Below, one piece after another: positions 24,220 through 38,213 of a DNA stretch of 64,000 nt. Made by a program: the position numbers and the translations under genes. Position 1 is the stretch's first letter. Every line of letters starts with the position of its first letter. The notes below the pieces were generated by a model, which was given only the letters and a program-made list of their open reading frames with translations, ran no database searches and was not told the origin of the DNA. Source of the DNA: Zygnema circumcarinatum SAG 698-1b (lineage: Eukaryota > Plantae > Zygnematophyceae). The stretch lies in contig CM074806.1 of the NCBI GenBank assembly GCA_037447605.1, positions 1,488,001 to 1,552,000 of the forward strand, read 5' to 3'.

Positions 24220-27200
24220 ATGGAGTTCAAAGCGTGCGGGAAGCCCATTGAGTCCGTGCTCGAGCGCGTGCTTTCCATGAATATTGTCAACTCTGTATGT
24301 CCGCTTTCCTCGTTCCTCGGCTGTTTGGCATATGGCTGGCAGTAGCGCTTTTTGCTTGTATTCCTTCATTTGTGTGAGGAGCCAGCAGCTTCACTATGCT
24401 GTTAGATTCTCGGCAACCCTGATCCTTCACTTGCAGGGCTTGTCTTGTATGCGTCCCTTAATGGAGGGGAGTATGTCTTGCTTTCTTTGCAGGATTATTT
24501 CAAGGAGTTGTACCGCGTAAAGACGTACGAGGAGGTTGTTGACGAGATTTATGAACACGTAGACCATGTGGAGCCGTGGATGACAGGAAACTGTCGCGGA
24601 CCCTCCACTGCTTTCTGCCTTTTGTACAAACTTTTCACTTTGAATTTAGATGGTAAACAAGTTCGGGGTTTGCTTGACCACGAGGATTCACCCTATATCC
24701 GTGCGGTAAGGAGTATTCGAAATTCTCTTACATCCTCTCATTCTTCTCCTTGTCGGATGGTAGTGAGAGGCCCTTTTACGAATTATTAGACATTTTCTCC
24801 GAGTTTGTGTCGCTTTCTGTGTTGTTTCGGTTTAACGAGCATGCGAAATTTGCAATTTGAATGTGCCTTTGATTGAATGCTTGCTTCGTCTAGTTTTCCG
24901 CAGCCGGTTTGTGCGGCTTACTGTGCTGCATTTGTTCTGAAGCAGTTGCATTCCTTTTGCAGATTGGCTTCTTGTTTTTGCGGTACTTGGCGGACCCGAA
25001 AACCCTTTGGAATTGGTTCGAACCTTATCTGCAAGACGAGGAGGTAAAACTCTTTAGAATGGCATTCTGCGTTTCATGTTTATTGCGTGGTGGGAATACT
25101 CTTTGGATTATGTTCTAAATGTTGGTAATTAATCGGTAGCCTGGTCTTTACAAGATTCATAGGTTTAGAAAGGACAGTGGGCCCTTGCGCGTAGATATGA
25201 AGACTGCGACTGCCTTGCGACAGCAATGTGGATAAGGACTGCACGCCCTTCACACCTTAAGAAACCTAGCTTGGTGATCTGGCTTATGAAGCTCCCTTGT
25301 CCAAGGTGCTTGATTTGGTTATTCTTTGTAGTCGTCGTTTGGCAACGGATTGTCATTTACTGGAATTTTGCTGCCACGGCCAGCAAAACTGTGTGCTCCT
25401 GAACGCTTGTGTTTAGGAGAACTGATGTGGGAGTGGGTCCATGTTCAGTTGACCCATGGGTACGGGATTTGACCCTTGGCGGTGCTACGATGATGAGCGG
25501 GTGCGATGGGGCTAAGAGTGCGGCATGTTACACTGCAGCAAGGGCCCTGTAAGTTTCATAGGAAGGGCTTTTTGGCCGTTAGCTGTGCCTCGGAGCGTCT
25601 GAGAGCTGTGCTTACCAGAATCCTTACTCAGCTTGCCATTCTGTGCTTAACCTTAGCCCAAAGGAGGCTCACGTCTATTCTCTGACCTGATTATTCAGGG
25701 CTTCAACACACGGGTGGTCATGTAGAGTAAAGGTTCTATTCAGCACAGCTCTCGTTGCTGTCACATGAAGGCGCATGTATTGAGCCTGATGGCATTGGTT
25801 ATTTATATAGATCGTGTAAGGGATCGGTCGTCATCGTGAGGTAATCGGGTGTAGCGTGGAATGTGGTGGAGTCATGCGTTTGCGGTCATGTCTTGTTCAG
25901 AAGGCTTATGAAGAGGGCACACCAATTCAATGTGGGGAGTTGTTTGCTTCTGTGAATTGCAGGAATTTGCACCTGGATCTAGCAAGAAGATGACGACTAT
26001 GGGAGTGTACATTCGAGATTTGCTCCTAGGCCAGGTAGGTATGGAAATTTTATCCTTGTTAGAAGCACGCTCAGAATTGAGTTTGTTTCCTGTGTCCATT
26101 CGATTTGTCTGAGTTGGCCTATTATGTTTTCGAGCTGCTTCTGTGCTTCAACCACGTTAGACTATTTCTAACAAACTGACGAGCGCTGGGGAAACCCATT
26201 TTTCTGCAATTTGTGCATAATATCTATGTCCAATGGTAACTTGCATTTGGTCTGCCGTCTGGGCTGTCTTGCCACGCCTCATGGCTCAAGTGTTTGCTAG
26301 TATGTGGCAGCTTGACAGCTGGAGTTCTTGATAGAGTGTGTTGGAATTGGACTGGAAATGAAGTATAATAAAAGGAAAATTGCATTTGAGTTTGGAGTTC
26401 TTGTATCTGTCTTTGTGAGGCCATCATCCGCTGACCAGTATTATAAGGATATGTCTGATTGAAGCGTAGCTGGTGGTGATGGACTTTCTCCTGCAGTACT
26501 ACTTCGACTCTCTTTTTCCTCGAATTCCTGTGCCAATAATGCGGCAGCTCTCTGTCCACCTGGAAGGTTTGAATCTCTCAACACAGCCATCAGGAGTTGC
26601 AGCTTCTGCGAGCCGCCTTGGCGCTGATGGCGATGGAGCTCGCCGACCCCCTTCAGTCAAGGCCGCATTGTCAGTTGCATTTGGACAGCGTGCTCCCCAT
26701 CGAGCTGCAACCAGAGATTCTTCTCCTGTGCGGCGAGGACTAACATCATCCAGAGACCCAGTCCGCAATGGTGCAGAGCGCTCACGTGACCATGAAAGAG
26801 GCCGTGATGCAGACAGAGAGCGGGACAGGGATCGTGACAGAGAACGGGACAGGGAGCGTGATCGTGAAGGTGGGCGTGAGCGCTCACGAGATCAGGATAA
26901 GGGAAGGGAAGGAAGCAGAGGAGATCACCTTGACCATGACCGCAGTACTGACCGTGATCGCGATGCGGACAAAGAGAAAAGCTATCGTGACAGGAGCAGA
27001 GATGATTATCGAGATCGGGATCGCCAAAGGGATCGTTCTCGCTCTGGAGAACGTGGCCGGGCCACTGACAAGGAAAGGGGAAGAGAGAATAACTCTGACA
27101 GGGACAAAAACAGGGACAAGGACCGAGATCGTGGCGCTGATAGAGACAGAGGGGGGAGGGATTCCGGCAGAGAGACTAGAAGGGATCGTGATCGTGACCG

Positions 27201-27480
27201 GGAACATAAGAGCCGACATAGAGATAGACGAGGAGATGATCGTGATCGGAGGGGGGACAGTCCGGACCGGGGTCGCGAACATGACCGCGCTGGTGATAGA
27301 AGCCAGCGAGGATCTGAAGAGCCCCGGCCATCCCGTAGTCCTGCTGGAGGCGCAAGCCTGCAGAAGCTCAAGGATTTGTATGGAGATGTGAGCGCCAAGG
27401 AGAAGAAGTCGGACACAAGGGCTGCGAATGATCCTTCGGGAGAAGATGTGATCAGACTGGGCGGGTCCACTTGGCGCTGA
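24220..27480 (+). CDS. PRP38B: PRP38 family splicing factor (PRP38B type) with RD/RE-rich C-terminus
   Basis: Exons 24220-24294, 24493-24705, 24963-25043, 25963-26034, 26497-27480. Motifs: HVEPWMTGNCRGPSTAFCLLYKLF, DSPYIRA, YYFDSLFPRIPVP, RRPPSVKAALSV.FGQRAPHRA.TR. Confidence 0.94.
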
Positions 27481-28304
27481 GCTGATGAGGGCACCTCTTT
27501 CTTATGTCAGCAGCGCCTGCTTGGAGTTGCTTTTGTCCATATGCAGCAAGATATGCATAGTCTCTTGCTGATGAGCGTTATAGCAGACATGCTCGTATTG
27601 CTTGTGGGCAGACAGAAAAGAAAAGAATAACATGGAGGTTTGTATTCCAACCCTGCGTGCTGCTTGCTTGTGTCCCACCTGTCGGGTAAGGGGTGAGGGA
27701 TGGGAATTGGATCAAAGTTTGAGCTGGAAACTTTTACTGCCCTCCTCATGTTCTACAGGAAGAAACCCACCTTCTGCAGCTGTCATATATCTCTCATAAT
27801 CCTTTACGTGTTTCGAACCGTGAACCGTGTCCTCGATATAATTAAGTTTGAAGCATAAGCACACCACAGATGGTCTCTAATGTACAGCTGTTCTATACAA
27901 AACGATTCGTATCTCAAGATGAAAGAGCGGTGCTAAAAAATACTCATGTTCGCAAGCGTTCATGAGGAGCGGACACTGTCCCGCATCACAACTTTCCCAC
28001 TGTCTGCTCAACCGCCCTCTGCTCGTCATCTCCCATCTGCTCCCAAAGCTTGCCGAGTGGTAGCGACATACTATAAGACCGCGTACCGCTTGCAAAAACC
28101 AAAGCTAAGCCCACTTTAAGTCCTTGGCTCAAAGCTCAAAAGACATTGTAGACGGAGGGTTTCAGTTGGGAAGGTAAATGAAACGGAAAGTTGAAGAGCA
28201 GCAAAGCCCAGAGGATACTTGAAACTTTTCTACATACAAGGATCGTTTTGCCACTAAAACGTTCCTGAGAGTGAGCCACTCTCTGGATGAGTACCACCAT
28301 GGCG

Positions 28305-29889
28305 TCACCTGGGCCCCCATCCGGCAAATGGCTGATGTAATATGGGCCTCACTCTGGCGCCATCATGCTCCTTGGAGTAAGGGTATGCCCTCCACTGTGT
28401 TCCACAGCCGAGGCAGGCCCACAGCGGAGTGCCCGGATAGTCAATAAGATGGTCCCCTCCCAGCACGAGGCGCTCTTCTCTCAAGCCGACCACCAGCCGT
28501 CCCGAAGGAAACCCGTATACGATGGGAACAAAGCGTGCTTCTGCATTTTCCCCCTCTCCCACAATGAACAGGTGGAATTAGCAGACTAGTACTCTTGAGT
28601 GAGGTCAAGGTAGGAGCAGGTGCTCATTCGTGCTGAGTTGATCTCCGCCCAACAAACACATCACTCTTTTTAATTGTCGGATCCTGTAGCAGGATCACAG
28701 ACTAATCGGCAGACCTATTGTCCGTAAGTGTGCACCACCAAAAGGGGGACGCAGCTTCCTATACCCCTCCCAGACACTGCGGCTAAAAAATTCAAGGGAC
28801 ATCATCTAATGACAAAATGACACCCTCGCGCTTATCCTTTAGGCTGACTACGCCAATCACCACTCATATGGGTGGCTGGGCAAAGGTTACTTCAAGCACG
28901 GAAGCGTGAGGACTGATGCCAAACCTGCACATTGAGGGCACTGAGAGGCATGCTCGCATGCCAGTCTGCGGTGAAACAATCCCCTCCAGCCGCCCTCTTG
29001 TATTGTCTCTACAACTCCGCACTTCTGAATTGCTCCGATTTCCTCCTGCTGCGCCTTGGGTGAGGCTTTGCTGGAAGGTGCAGTAAACCCAGTGGCCATG
29101 GAGCCCGACGGAGCATCTTGAGGCTCCATGGAACGCTCGCTGCAGTCATTCAAACTCTCATTGCTATACTCACTCAAATCCCGAGTGCTGCACCCTGCTT
29201 CTCCACAACCTTTCTTTAGGGCTGACGACTGACTTTTCAACTGCATTTGCATGTTGGCCTGCTCCTGGATGAATGACAGCTGTTGCTCGGCAGTCCCCAC
29301 TGCTGAAGAGCCCCATCGCTGCTCGTAGAGTGCCTTCCATAAGAAATCTGAATGAGCTAGCTTGTGCAGTTCCTTACATGACGCAGCCACCTGACAGAGG
29401 TCTTGATGGTTTAGGTGGGAGAGAGCTGCATCCAGCACACCTTCCGGAAGCCGAAGCCAGTCCACCTAAAACCCAGCCAGGGAAGCACGCACACCATCAG
29501 AGCAACATTCGTGCCAATGTTTCAGCAGAAGCCTGCACTCGTAAAACATCCAAAGGGAAAAGCGGAGACAATTAAGGAAATCATCGCATACGACATACGA
29601 AATATCCATGTTCTAAAATCGTCAGCGACAGGCCGAATCCTAAAGTCCGGGCCCTCACCTCAGGTTCTTCCCTGGCATCGTTGGCAGTTCTTTCCGTGGT
29701 AGATATCTGACTTCCTTCAGCTTGGCATGCATTCTCTGTGCTTTGGTGCTCCAAAGTTGAACAAGTTGTGGCACGTGTCGAAAGGTGCTGCTCATCTCGC
29801 CCACATCCATGGCCGACAGAGGGTGCCGCCGGTAGGGAGCGCCCCCGCGATGAAGGCTTCGGATGAAAGTCAGGGTAGGCTTCAGACAT
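28305..29889 (-). CDS. F-box protein with a C-terminal CxxC...CxxC (zinc-ribbon-like) domain
   Basis: Exons 29889-29659, 29465-28925, 28540-28305 join in phase. F-box: WLRLPEGVLDAALSHLNHQDLCQVAASCKELHKLAHSDFLWKALY. C-terminus: CPQC..ARFVPIVYGFP...LGGDHL...PLWACLGC. The start codon could lie further upstream. Confidence 0.8.
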
Positions 29890-31728
29890 TAATTCCTCAC
29901 GAAGATAGCGGTTAACTGCGATGCCGCAGAGGAAACGAGTGAAGGTTAACAATGCACAATGAACTAGGGCCAATATTGAACAAGAACAGTTCTGGGCTTG
30001 AAACTGGACGCGCGTGAGAAGCGCGAAAGCAGTCCGGCATGTGTGAACGAATGAAGAACCTTAAATTCTGCCATTTACCCCTCAGTGAGAAAGAAAATTC
30101 TGGGAACAACGGGCCAACAAAGGAAAATCACCTGCCCAGCTCACTTTCCCCCGCACTGCTCTGAGATGAACAGTTAGCCGCTCGTCACTTGCAAATGGAC
30201 CAAGAAGATTCTGCGGCGCCAGAGAGTCAATACTTTTGGTCAAAAAGGTTCAGAAAGAGGTAGAAGGAACAGAGACGTGCAAGCGAAGCATATGTATGCT
30301 ACAGCTTTGAAAACTTTGAAAATCAATAGCAGCCTTGGCCCAAGCTCTTGATGCGAGGAGGTGCGTGCCTGCATTCCTAAGTAACTAGCTAGTCGTAATC
30401 CATATCTACGTAAAAAATAACTACAATGCGGTATCGTCAGGTTACAAGGCAAAGTAAGCAGAAGGTTGTTATCTGATGCTTTTGGCACACTCTTAACAAC
30501 AGCCCCAGTCGTATAGGTGAGCCTTGCGCGAATTTCTAGCATATGCATGTAAATTATCTCAAGCATCGTTTGCGGCAAGTTTGCAGCAACTAAAGCCGTA
30601 GGCATTAACGAAAGTCGCTGCGCTTGGCTACTGCTTACTCGCATTTCGAGAAGCAGAGCCTCCTCTCCCTCTACGGAGTCACAAGGAGGAGCCACGCAGA
30701 CGCCAGAGCCCCAGAGAGAAGGGCTAGTGCGGTTGCCCGGGGCAGGGATGACAGCGGCAGCCATGGCTGCCTGCGTGATGGCGGAACCGGTGGCGCACTT
30801 GCAGGCCTTCTCACACCTCGCGCAGGCCGCCCTCGGACCGCAGCGGGCGCGTCACCTTCTTGCGACTACTTTCCTAACGCGCTTTGCAATGAACATGGAA
30901 ATTCTGCCAGCATGGTTGTGGTGCTTGCCCACAACTTTGCTTCGTGGCCAAGTTCCATCCTCGATATTTCACTCCGGTCTGCCCGCTATTGCAAGTCACA
31001 AGCTCCAGCCCTCCGCATGCTTGCAGATGGTCCACTCTTTTGCCCTTTTCCCGGCGACCTGATACCACTGCCATGCCATTCCATGCATGCACGGCTTGGT
31101 GCGGCCGCCTCCAAGCATGCCCAATGTGGTCCTGGCGGGCCTAGCGACTGACCATTGCATGGCATGTCATGTCGCGCATGGCATGGCATGGCATGGACGG
31201 CGGGTCCCTTCCGCCCCTTCCGTCGCTCTCCCCCGCCCCCGCCCTCGCCCGGAGAAGGCAACCAACTGCCGCCTGGCGGGCGCCGTATTGTTCCGTACGG
31301 GGGCGGGGCGGGGCCGCACCTGGCGGGCGGGCGCGCACGAGCGCGGCGCGCGGCGGCGGCTCGCGATTGGCCGCCGCCCGCCCCACGAAGACGCGCTGCG
31401 CTTGCTCGCCGCTGCGCTCCACCTGCCTCTCTTTCTCCCTCCCTCCCTCTCGCTCTCCCTCCTTTCCTCCCGCCCTCCCGCCCTCCCTTGTCTATCTCTC
31501 ATCCTGCCGCCACCGCAACATTGCGCTGCAGCCGCTGGCAAAGGCGCAGAACTTGGCTGTCTGCCTTTCCTGCTCGCGGGTGGGGAGTCGGGGAGGAGTT
31601 TGGCGTGTAGAGCGGCTATGGAGTACGTGACAGCTGGCTAAGGAAGGTAGAGGGAATTCGGAGATTTTTGCTTGGTGGCGCTGCAGCTTAAGTGGAACCC
31701 ATGGTGGGCCGGAAGGTTATAAAATCAG

Positions 31729-34700
31729 ATGGACGTCAATTCTACTGCAGATACACAGAGGGGAAGGCCTCTCCAGAGTGGTGAGCGTGCGATGTCTGTA
31801 GTGCGTCTTTTTGACTCCGGAGCAGTGCACATGGTTCGGTATGGCCTTAGCAATAGTGATGAGAATGGAGTTGAAATCAGTAGGAGTGTGCCGGGGCACC
31901 TAGAAGCAGTTCATAGTGCTCCTCTGGAAGAGGGTTTCCAAGACAGCCTTGAAAACGGAATGCGGTCGGAGCAACTTTCCAGGCACGGGATGGTGGACGC
32001 GCCTCTTCCTCACTTGGACGCTATTCTTTCTGCACCAACCACTTCCATGTTCTCGCCAGCTTCTAGGGTTACGTATAGTGACCGCTTTATTCCGAGTCGA
32101 TTAGCATCCAGCCTTACAAACTATTCTCTCATAGACAGAGGCCATGCCCCTGGCATTCCTGTGCCATCCTTTAGTAACGAAAGCAGAGAGGACAGTGCAG
32201 CTGCATATTCAGCGCTTCTGCGTTCCGAGATATTTGGTGCAGATGCCTCCCTGATGTCCCCTCAAACGCCCGATAGAGCAGGGACATTTCCTCCAAGAGA
32301 CCCGTCCGCTTCGCCTGCAAGCCCTGTTCGCAACCTATTTAGGTATAAAAATGATAGCCGAGGCACCGCAGGAATGAATGGCGGTATCGGTGGTCTAGAC
32401 TCGCCGTTTTCTCTCTCGCCAGTTGGCCATGACGGAGCACTCACCGGAGTTCCGAGCACCCCTCGGCAGCTTCCGCGAAAAGTGGCGAGGTCACCCTTCA
32501 AGGTGAGAAATTGCGGTTGTGACAGAAGTACTACGCATGGTTGAAGTAGAGGGAATTGGCTAACAGGCAATCGTAGTAGCGTTGCAGGAAGCAAGCAGTA
32601 AAAACATTTCGATGTCATAACAAAGGATTGCTACAATACAACGACAAGTAGATTCGCGCTTTGTCATTTGGTTGGCGCCTCTGTCCTGCCAGCCTAGACC
32701 ATGTCGAGAACTCAGAACTACTCATATGTTGGAATTTTAGGCCTTTGTGAAGACTGTTAGATTCTCGTAGACGTTCTCCGGACGAAAGCCATATCTCTGT
32801 GGGGTTCTTTCGGTTACAAAAGCACTATCTGTCTGTCTCCTTACATTCCGCCCTTGTTTTCTTTCATACATCTACTAAGATGTCGCTCATGAAAACCGGC
32901 AATTTCTCCGTAGCCATTAGGATGAACATCGCCGCTCGTTGTTATTTGCAGGTTCTGGATGCGCCAGCATTAGCAGACGATTTTTACCTCAACCTCGTGG
33001 ACTGGTCGCCCCACAACGTCCTTGCTGTGGGTCTGGGCACATGCGTCTACCTATGGAGCGCATGCACCAGCAAGGTGCAGATTTCTGACTTTTTTTTGCT
33101 CACTTTATGACAGTAGACATTTTTTTCTGTTTTAAATGGCCATTGAAATACTCTGGGAGGGCCTTCTCTCAGGCAATGGCCGATGAAGATGGTTATCTCT
33201 TGGGGCTAAAGCAGTCCTTGCAGTTTCAGTAAGGAACTTTGATGTAAAGAATGGACTTGCAGAAGTATCATTCCAACCACTGCGTGGTTTAGATAAGAAG
33301 TTTTCGAGACAAACTTCAGTTTATGGCGGAAAATAGGTTAGTAAGTAGCATGCAAACAAGAACCCCTGTATTCGTTTGCAGCGACCGTGCTGTGATGCTA
33401 CCTTAGGTGTCTGCTTTTCCTGCATCGACGGTCGTCTGAATTCTGATTTCTCTGGGGTGGCATTACTCCTACTTGCTGATTTTGGTGGTTGCGTGGGTCT
33501 TTCGGTTTACTTTCCGTGCAGGTGACAAAGCTATGCGATTTGGGTCCTGATGACACAGTCTGTGCGGTGGGGTGGACACAACGGGGCACATATCTTTCAG
33601 TAGGAACCAACAAGGGAGAAGTGCAGGTTAGTACCACAACCATCCATGCAACCAGGTTCTGGCGAAGGAAGTAGGAGCAGTGAAATGAAAGCTTGGTTAG
33701 TCTGCCGTGTGTTCGCTCTTCAGAAAGAATGGACGAGTCAGATTAAATATGCTGAAAACTGGAAAAACCCAATGCTGGTTACGTGCACAACGAATTGCAC
33801 AATAATGGATAAAGTAACAGGGCGCTCGACCTCCGAATTGCGCACTTTTCAGAAAGCCAGTCAATTGGTTCCAAAAACAGAAGGCCTTGAAGAGAGAATA
33901 GTGGTGGTGAACGAGGTGTTGCATGCGATGCGTTCTTCTATAAGATAACATTTTTTGCTGCTACTGGCCCTTTGGAGATGGCTGGAAGTAGACTGATCGT
34001 TAAAAGGGTGGTCTGACGCAGATATGGGATGCTGCACGCTGTCGAAAGGTCCGCTCATTGGGAGGGCATCGCATGCGAGTGGGCGCATTGGCATGGAGTG
34101 GTCACATCCTCTCATCGGGGGGGCGGGACCGCATCGTTCTGCAACACGATGTGCGGATGGAGCAGGACTTTGTGAGTCAGCTGGCAGGGCACCGCTCAGA
34201 GGTTTGCGGCCTCAAGTGGTCTCCCGATGACCGGGAGTTGGCATCCGGAGGAAATGACAACCAGGTGAGATGTAGGACGAGGGCAGTGTAGAGCAAGTCG
34301 GGCTAACCAGTAGAAGCAAAGCTGGAGTATAGATTAAGAGGAGGTAATGGAGGAGAGCAGGAGACAAAGGAAATGTCTGGTCACGGGCTCTCTTATGACC
34401 AGTTTGCAGTTTGCAATGCTTCTGCAGTGCTTGTTATCAGAAGAAAGGCCTGAGATGCAAGAGAGTGTAGCTAAGATGTCAGAGGGCAACAGTGGAAAGA
34501 GCTGCAACTGCAGGAGATTGCTGAGGCGCAGAATACAGAACGATGGTGTATACCTAGACTGGTCCTTGTCGACTATGATTGTCAACAATGGGTTTGCTTT
34601 AAGCATAGACATTGCCGTTCCTGTTTGTGATCCCGGTTATCAATCATCATCTGTACGCTAATGCGTCAGAAGCCACTGTTTCTGACTTCATTCAGGTGGT

Positions 34701-36683
34701 TTGCTTGGCGATTGTGCGATTGTTCTCAACCCAACCTCTCGTTTGCCATCTCTCAAGAAAAGCCCAGCCTCTTCTCTACTAACTTATCACTGTTTGTTGG
34801 GAATCGGAATCCTTGTGAATGCAGTTGCTAGTGTGGAACAAATTCTCCACGCAGCCTCTCCTGCGGTTTCAGTCTCACCAGGCGGCAGTGAAGGCCATCG
34901 CGTGGTCCCCTCACCAGCACGGCCTGCTCGCCTCGGGTGGCGGCACAGCCGATCGCTGCATTCGGTTTTGGAACACGGCAACCGGAACTGGCCTCTCATG
35001 TGTGGACACGGGTAGCCAGGTATGATGAAATGGGCTCATTTTGCATTTCTTTGCACTCTCGTTTGTTCACTTCATGTCCATTCACGGTCCTAGTTGACAG
35101 CTCTAATTTAAAACTCATTCCCCTCCCGTTCAGTCCCTTTGTACTTCAAGCGCTGCCCCTTTTCTCAGAATTTTTGCCCTTCTGATACGCATGCAAGGAA
35201 AGGAACTTGCGAGGGAGCCAATGAGACTTTCTTGCATAGTTTTCTAGCTCGATTCAATTTTTGAACTTTGAGCTTACCTCGTAATGGCTAGCGTCGATGT
35301 GAACATGGTTTTTGCAATCGGTTTGATGTGGGTCCTCTAGATAATCAGTTCATTGTATGTGACACAAGCATAGCAAAAGGAGATCTTCATCGTGCCTGGC
35401 CTGCAGTTGGTCTAACTCGTTTTCGGAGTTGATGCGACAGCAGACAGTGAAACCTTTGACTAAATTGCGCATTCTGTTTGTGGTTACCCACTCAGGTGTG
35501 CAACCTTGCATGGTCCAAGAATGTGAATGAGCTTGTGAGCACGCATGGCTATTCTCAGAATCAGATCATCATCTGGAGATATCCGACCATGTCGAAGGTG
35601 AGGTCCTGCATGTTTAGACCCAAACTGCGGGGTCCTTTCGGTTATTTTTTTCTTCCTTTTGAAGGGGCTCCCACTTTGACTTGCACATTAGCCTGTTTCT
35701 TAAATGCTCGTTGTAAGCGGGCGTGCGGAGAGTCGCATCTTCCAAATTTTCGGCCTCTGCATGCATGCAGATGATTACTCTTATAGGGATTCAGCGGGGG
35801 TCAGTGTTGGCATTCCTAGGGGTGAAAGGAGAGCTGCAAAGGGTGAAATCACAGTGGTTGTTCATACAAGTTAGTCGGGGCCCTTTGGATGCAGCTTGCA
35901 ACACTGACAGGGCACACGATGCGCGTACTCTTTCTCTCTATCTCGCCCGATGGGCAGGTGAGATGGCCACCTTTAACCTTCCTCACTGGCGTCGATTGTT
36001 TCTCTTCATCTTCTTTGTATGATGTTGGATATTCTCTTATGTGGGAATCCAACCAGGGTCTTGCAAGCCCAGAATGCCAATTAGACAGAAGAGAGTTAAT
36101 CAGGGCAATCTTCCATTCTTACGCTCGTGAATCCTAAGCGGACCATTCTTAACCGTACTGAATTCTACTTAGATAATCATGCATATCCCTTTTGTTGACA
36201 AAAATCGGTTTAATAGGCTATAGAATGAGAATTGTAGGCACAGGAGAAACAATATTTGAATTACAACGCTGCGCCGATTCCATGGCTGAAGACTGAGGGG
36301 TTATTTCTGCTTGAAATGTGCAGACCATTGTTACAGGAGCAGGAGATGAGACCCTACGATTTTGGAGCGCCTTTCCGGCATCAAAGGCTCCTGTAGGTCC
36401 CCTACCCTGCTTCTCTCAACTTTGTTGTAGGCATCGCCCAGTAGAATCTCCCTGCCCTTGTCCATTCCCAAGAGTGGTTCAGGAACATTTGCTATTGAAG
36501 TTCCACCTAAGTGGCAGGTGTCTGGTTTACTGCTCCCGGGAATAGAAAGATTCAGCTCTGGTCTTTCGGTTTGTGTATAGACCTGCTGGATGGTTATATT
36601 GATTGTTTGCTTGTAATGCTGTGCTGCAGTCGTCTGTTCGGGAAGCTGGAGTGTGGTCGATGGGACGCACACAAATAAGGTAG
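31729..36683 (+). CDS. CCS52: CCS52 / FIZZY-RELATED (Cdh1) WD40 APC/C activator
   Basis: Exons 31729-32502, 32952-33074, 33522-33626, 34022-34264, 34825-35019, 35496-35597, 35895-35957, 36324-36392, 36630-36683. C-box [41 protein letters not shown] motif and terminal IR tail (GRTQIR*). Confidence 0.96.
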
Positions 36684-37746
36684 ACATTCTGCAGTACAGG
36701 AACGAGGAGCGATTCGGCCGCTGGACGTTAGAGCACTTTGCAAAACATTTCAAAATAAGAGAAGCGAGTGGAAGGCGTCAGTGCCTACGCTCGGCGCTGC
36801 GTGGCGAGAGCTAGTTCTTGCGAAGCCGCAAGGTTGCAGTAGAGAGGCACCCAGAAGCTTCTTGGCGCGTGTGGGAGTGTGGGAGAGCAGCAGCAGGAGT
36901 CACAGCAAGAGAAGACTTTCGCAGGAAGGCAGAGAGTGCCAGCGGCTGCAGAAAGGCTGTTCATATGTAGGCGAGTGGAGGTCAAAAAAAAAATGGGCCT
37001 CTTCGCGTTGTAACTGATACTGTAAGTCATGGTCTGTCTGCGCAGCAACCCAGCAGCTTGGGTTGATCTGTCTGTTTCAGGGGTGGAGTCAGGTGTGTAG
37101 CGTGCGTCCTTTAGAAGACTTTTCAGCTCCACCTTTGATTTGGATAATTGTTTGGAGTCTTCCACAATTGGAAGCAGATTAACTTTCAGGGCAGCAGGAC
37201 GATTTGGACGACCTGCTGTCTAGTAGTGTGCAGGGAGATGCTTTTTTTTAGACCTTCTTGCATTACTCTTAATTCTAAAAGCTTGAGCTTTTCTGAGTAT
37301 CATTTCTCGTATGCCACGGGAGCCCTAAATGTTTCCAGCTGATGCATGGCCGAATTGAAATCAACATCGTGCATGAATTACTGGAAGACAGCGTCGTGTG
37401 GCTGTTAGAGGCATGGCAGGTTTCAGAGCTGCGCTTTCACCCTTTTGTTTTGGTTTCAGCCAAACAATATGACTTGGAGAACACGCTTTGTCATTCTTCA
37501 TCGTGCTGTTGTTGGCTTGGCTTGCAACAATTGTGAGAACCACGGGAGTGCCGGTCCATGAGCGTTGAAACTTCGGAGGAGGCCATGGAATCGCAATCTG
37601 CCTAGCCGACTAAATGTGGCTCAGTTCCAGTTTGTGTTTGTGGCTCCATCGGGTAAATATCATCGGCCTTTTCCATGTGCCTTGATCATGGGGTTGAACA
37701 CCCTAAAGCAGAGTTCCGCGCGTAGGCTTTTCTCTTTGCGTTCCTT

Positions 37747-37870
37747 TTGGGCCATTTGCGACCGGTTGGTTAGTTCTTCGTGGTTCTTTCCCCATGTTGA
37801 TGTTGTTATGTCGTTGTCGTCCTCCATGCACCTTCGAATGGCCTCGCCATCGCGAGACCAGCGCCAAATC
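37747..37870 (-). repeat. Dispersed repeat family, copy 5 (with small insertions)
   Basis: Reverse complement GGCGCTGGTCTCGCGATGGCGAGGCCATTCGAAGGTGCATGGA...AACCACGAAGAACT...GGTCGCAAATGGCCCAA. Confidence 0.6.
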
Positions 37871-38112
37871 CTTGATTTCTGATTTGTGTCTGAACATGGA
37901 CCACGGTAACACAGCTGCGGTACTCGCTGAACTGAGACAGTAAAATCAGATTCCAAGCTGAAACTGGAACTGGACTGCTTGTCCATGTGCCACGTCAGCA
38001 TCCCGAGGCTGCGGCCCGCCGCGTTCCGCGTGCTTTTGTGGCCCTCCGCGCGCGCTGCTTCCGATAATGTGCCGTACGACCGTACGTCAGCCGGCAGCAC
38101 GTGCGGGCGGGC

Positions 38113-38212
38113 GCCTTGCCTTGCCTTGCCTTGCCTTGCCTGCCTGCCTGCCTGCTGCCTTCTGCAATACTCCCGCCGCTGCTGCTGCTATTGCTGCTGC
38201 TGCTGCTGCTGC
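38113..38212 (+). repeat. Compound microsatellite (CCTTG)n(CCTG)n(GCT)n in the RPE 5' leader
   Basis: Seen directly upstream of ATG 38214. Confidence 0.85.
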
Positions 38213-38213
38213 A

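Noticed and set aside
26768-27494. Additional-frame and antisense ORFs over the PRP38B last exon
   Set aside because: Shadows of the repetitive RD/RE-coding sequence.
36785-37700. Short minus-strand ORFs between CCS52 and RPE
   Set aside because: No coherent exon chain or domain; the region includes a degenerate repeat copy.
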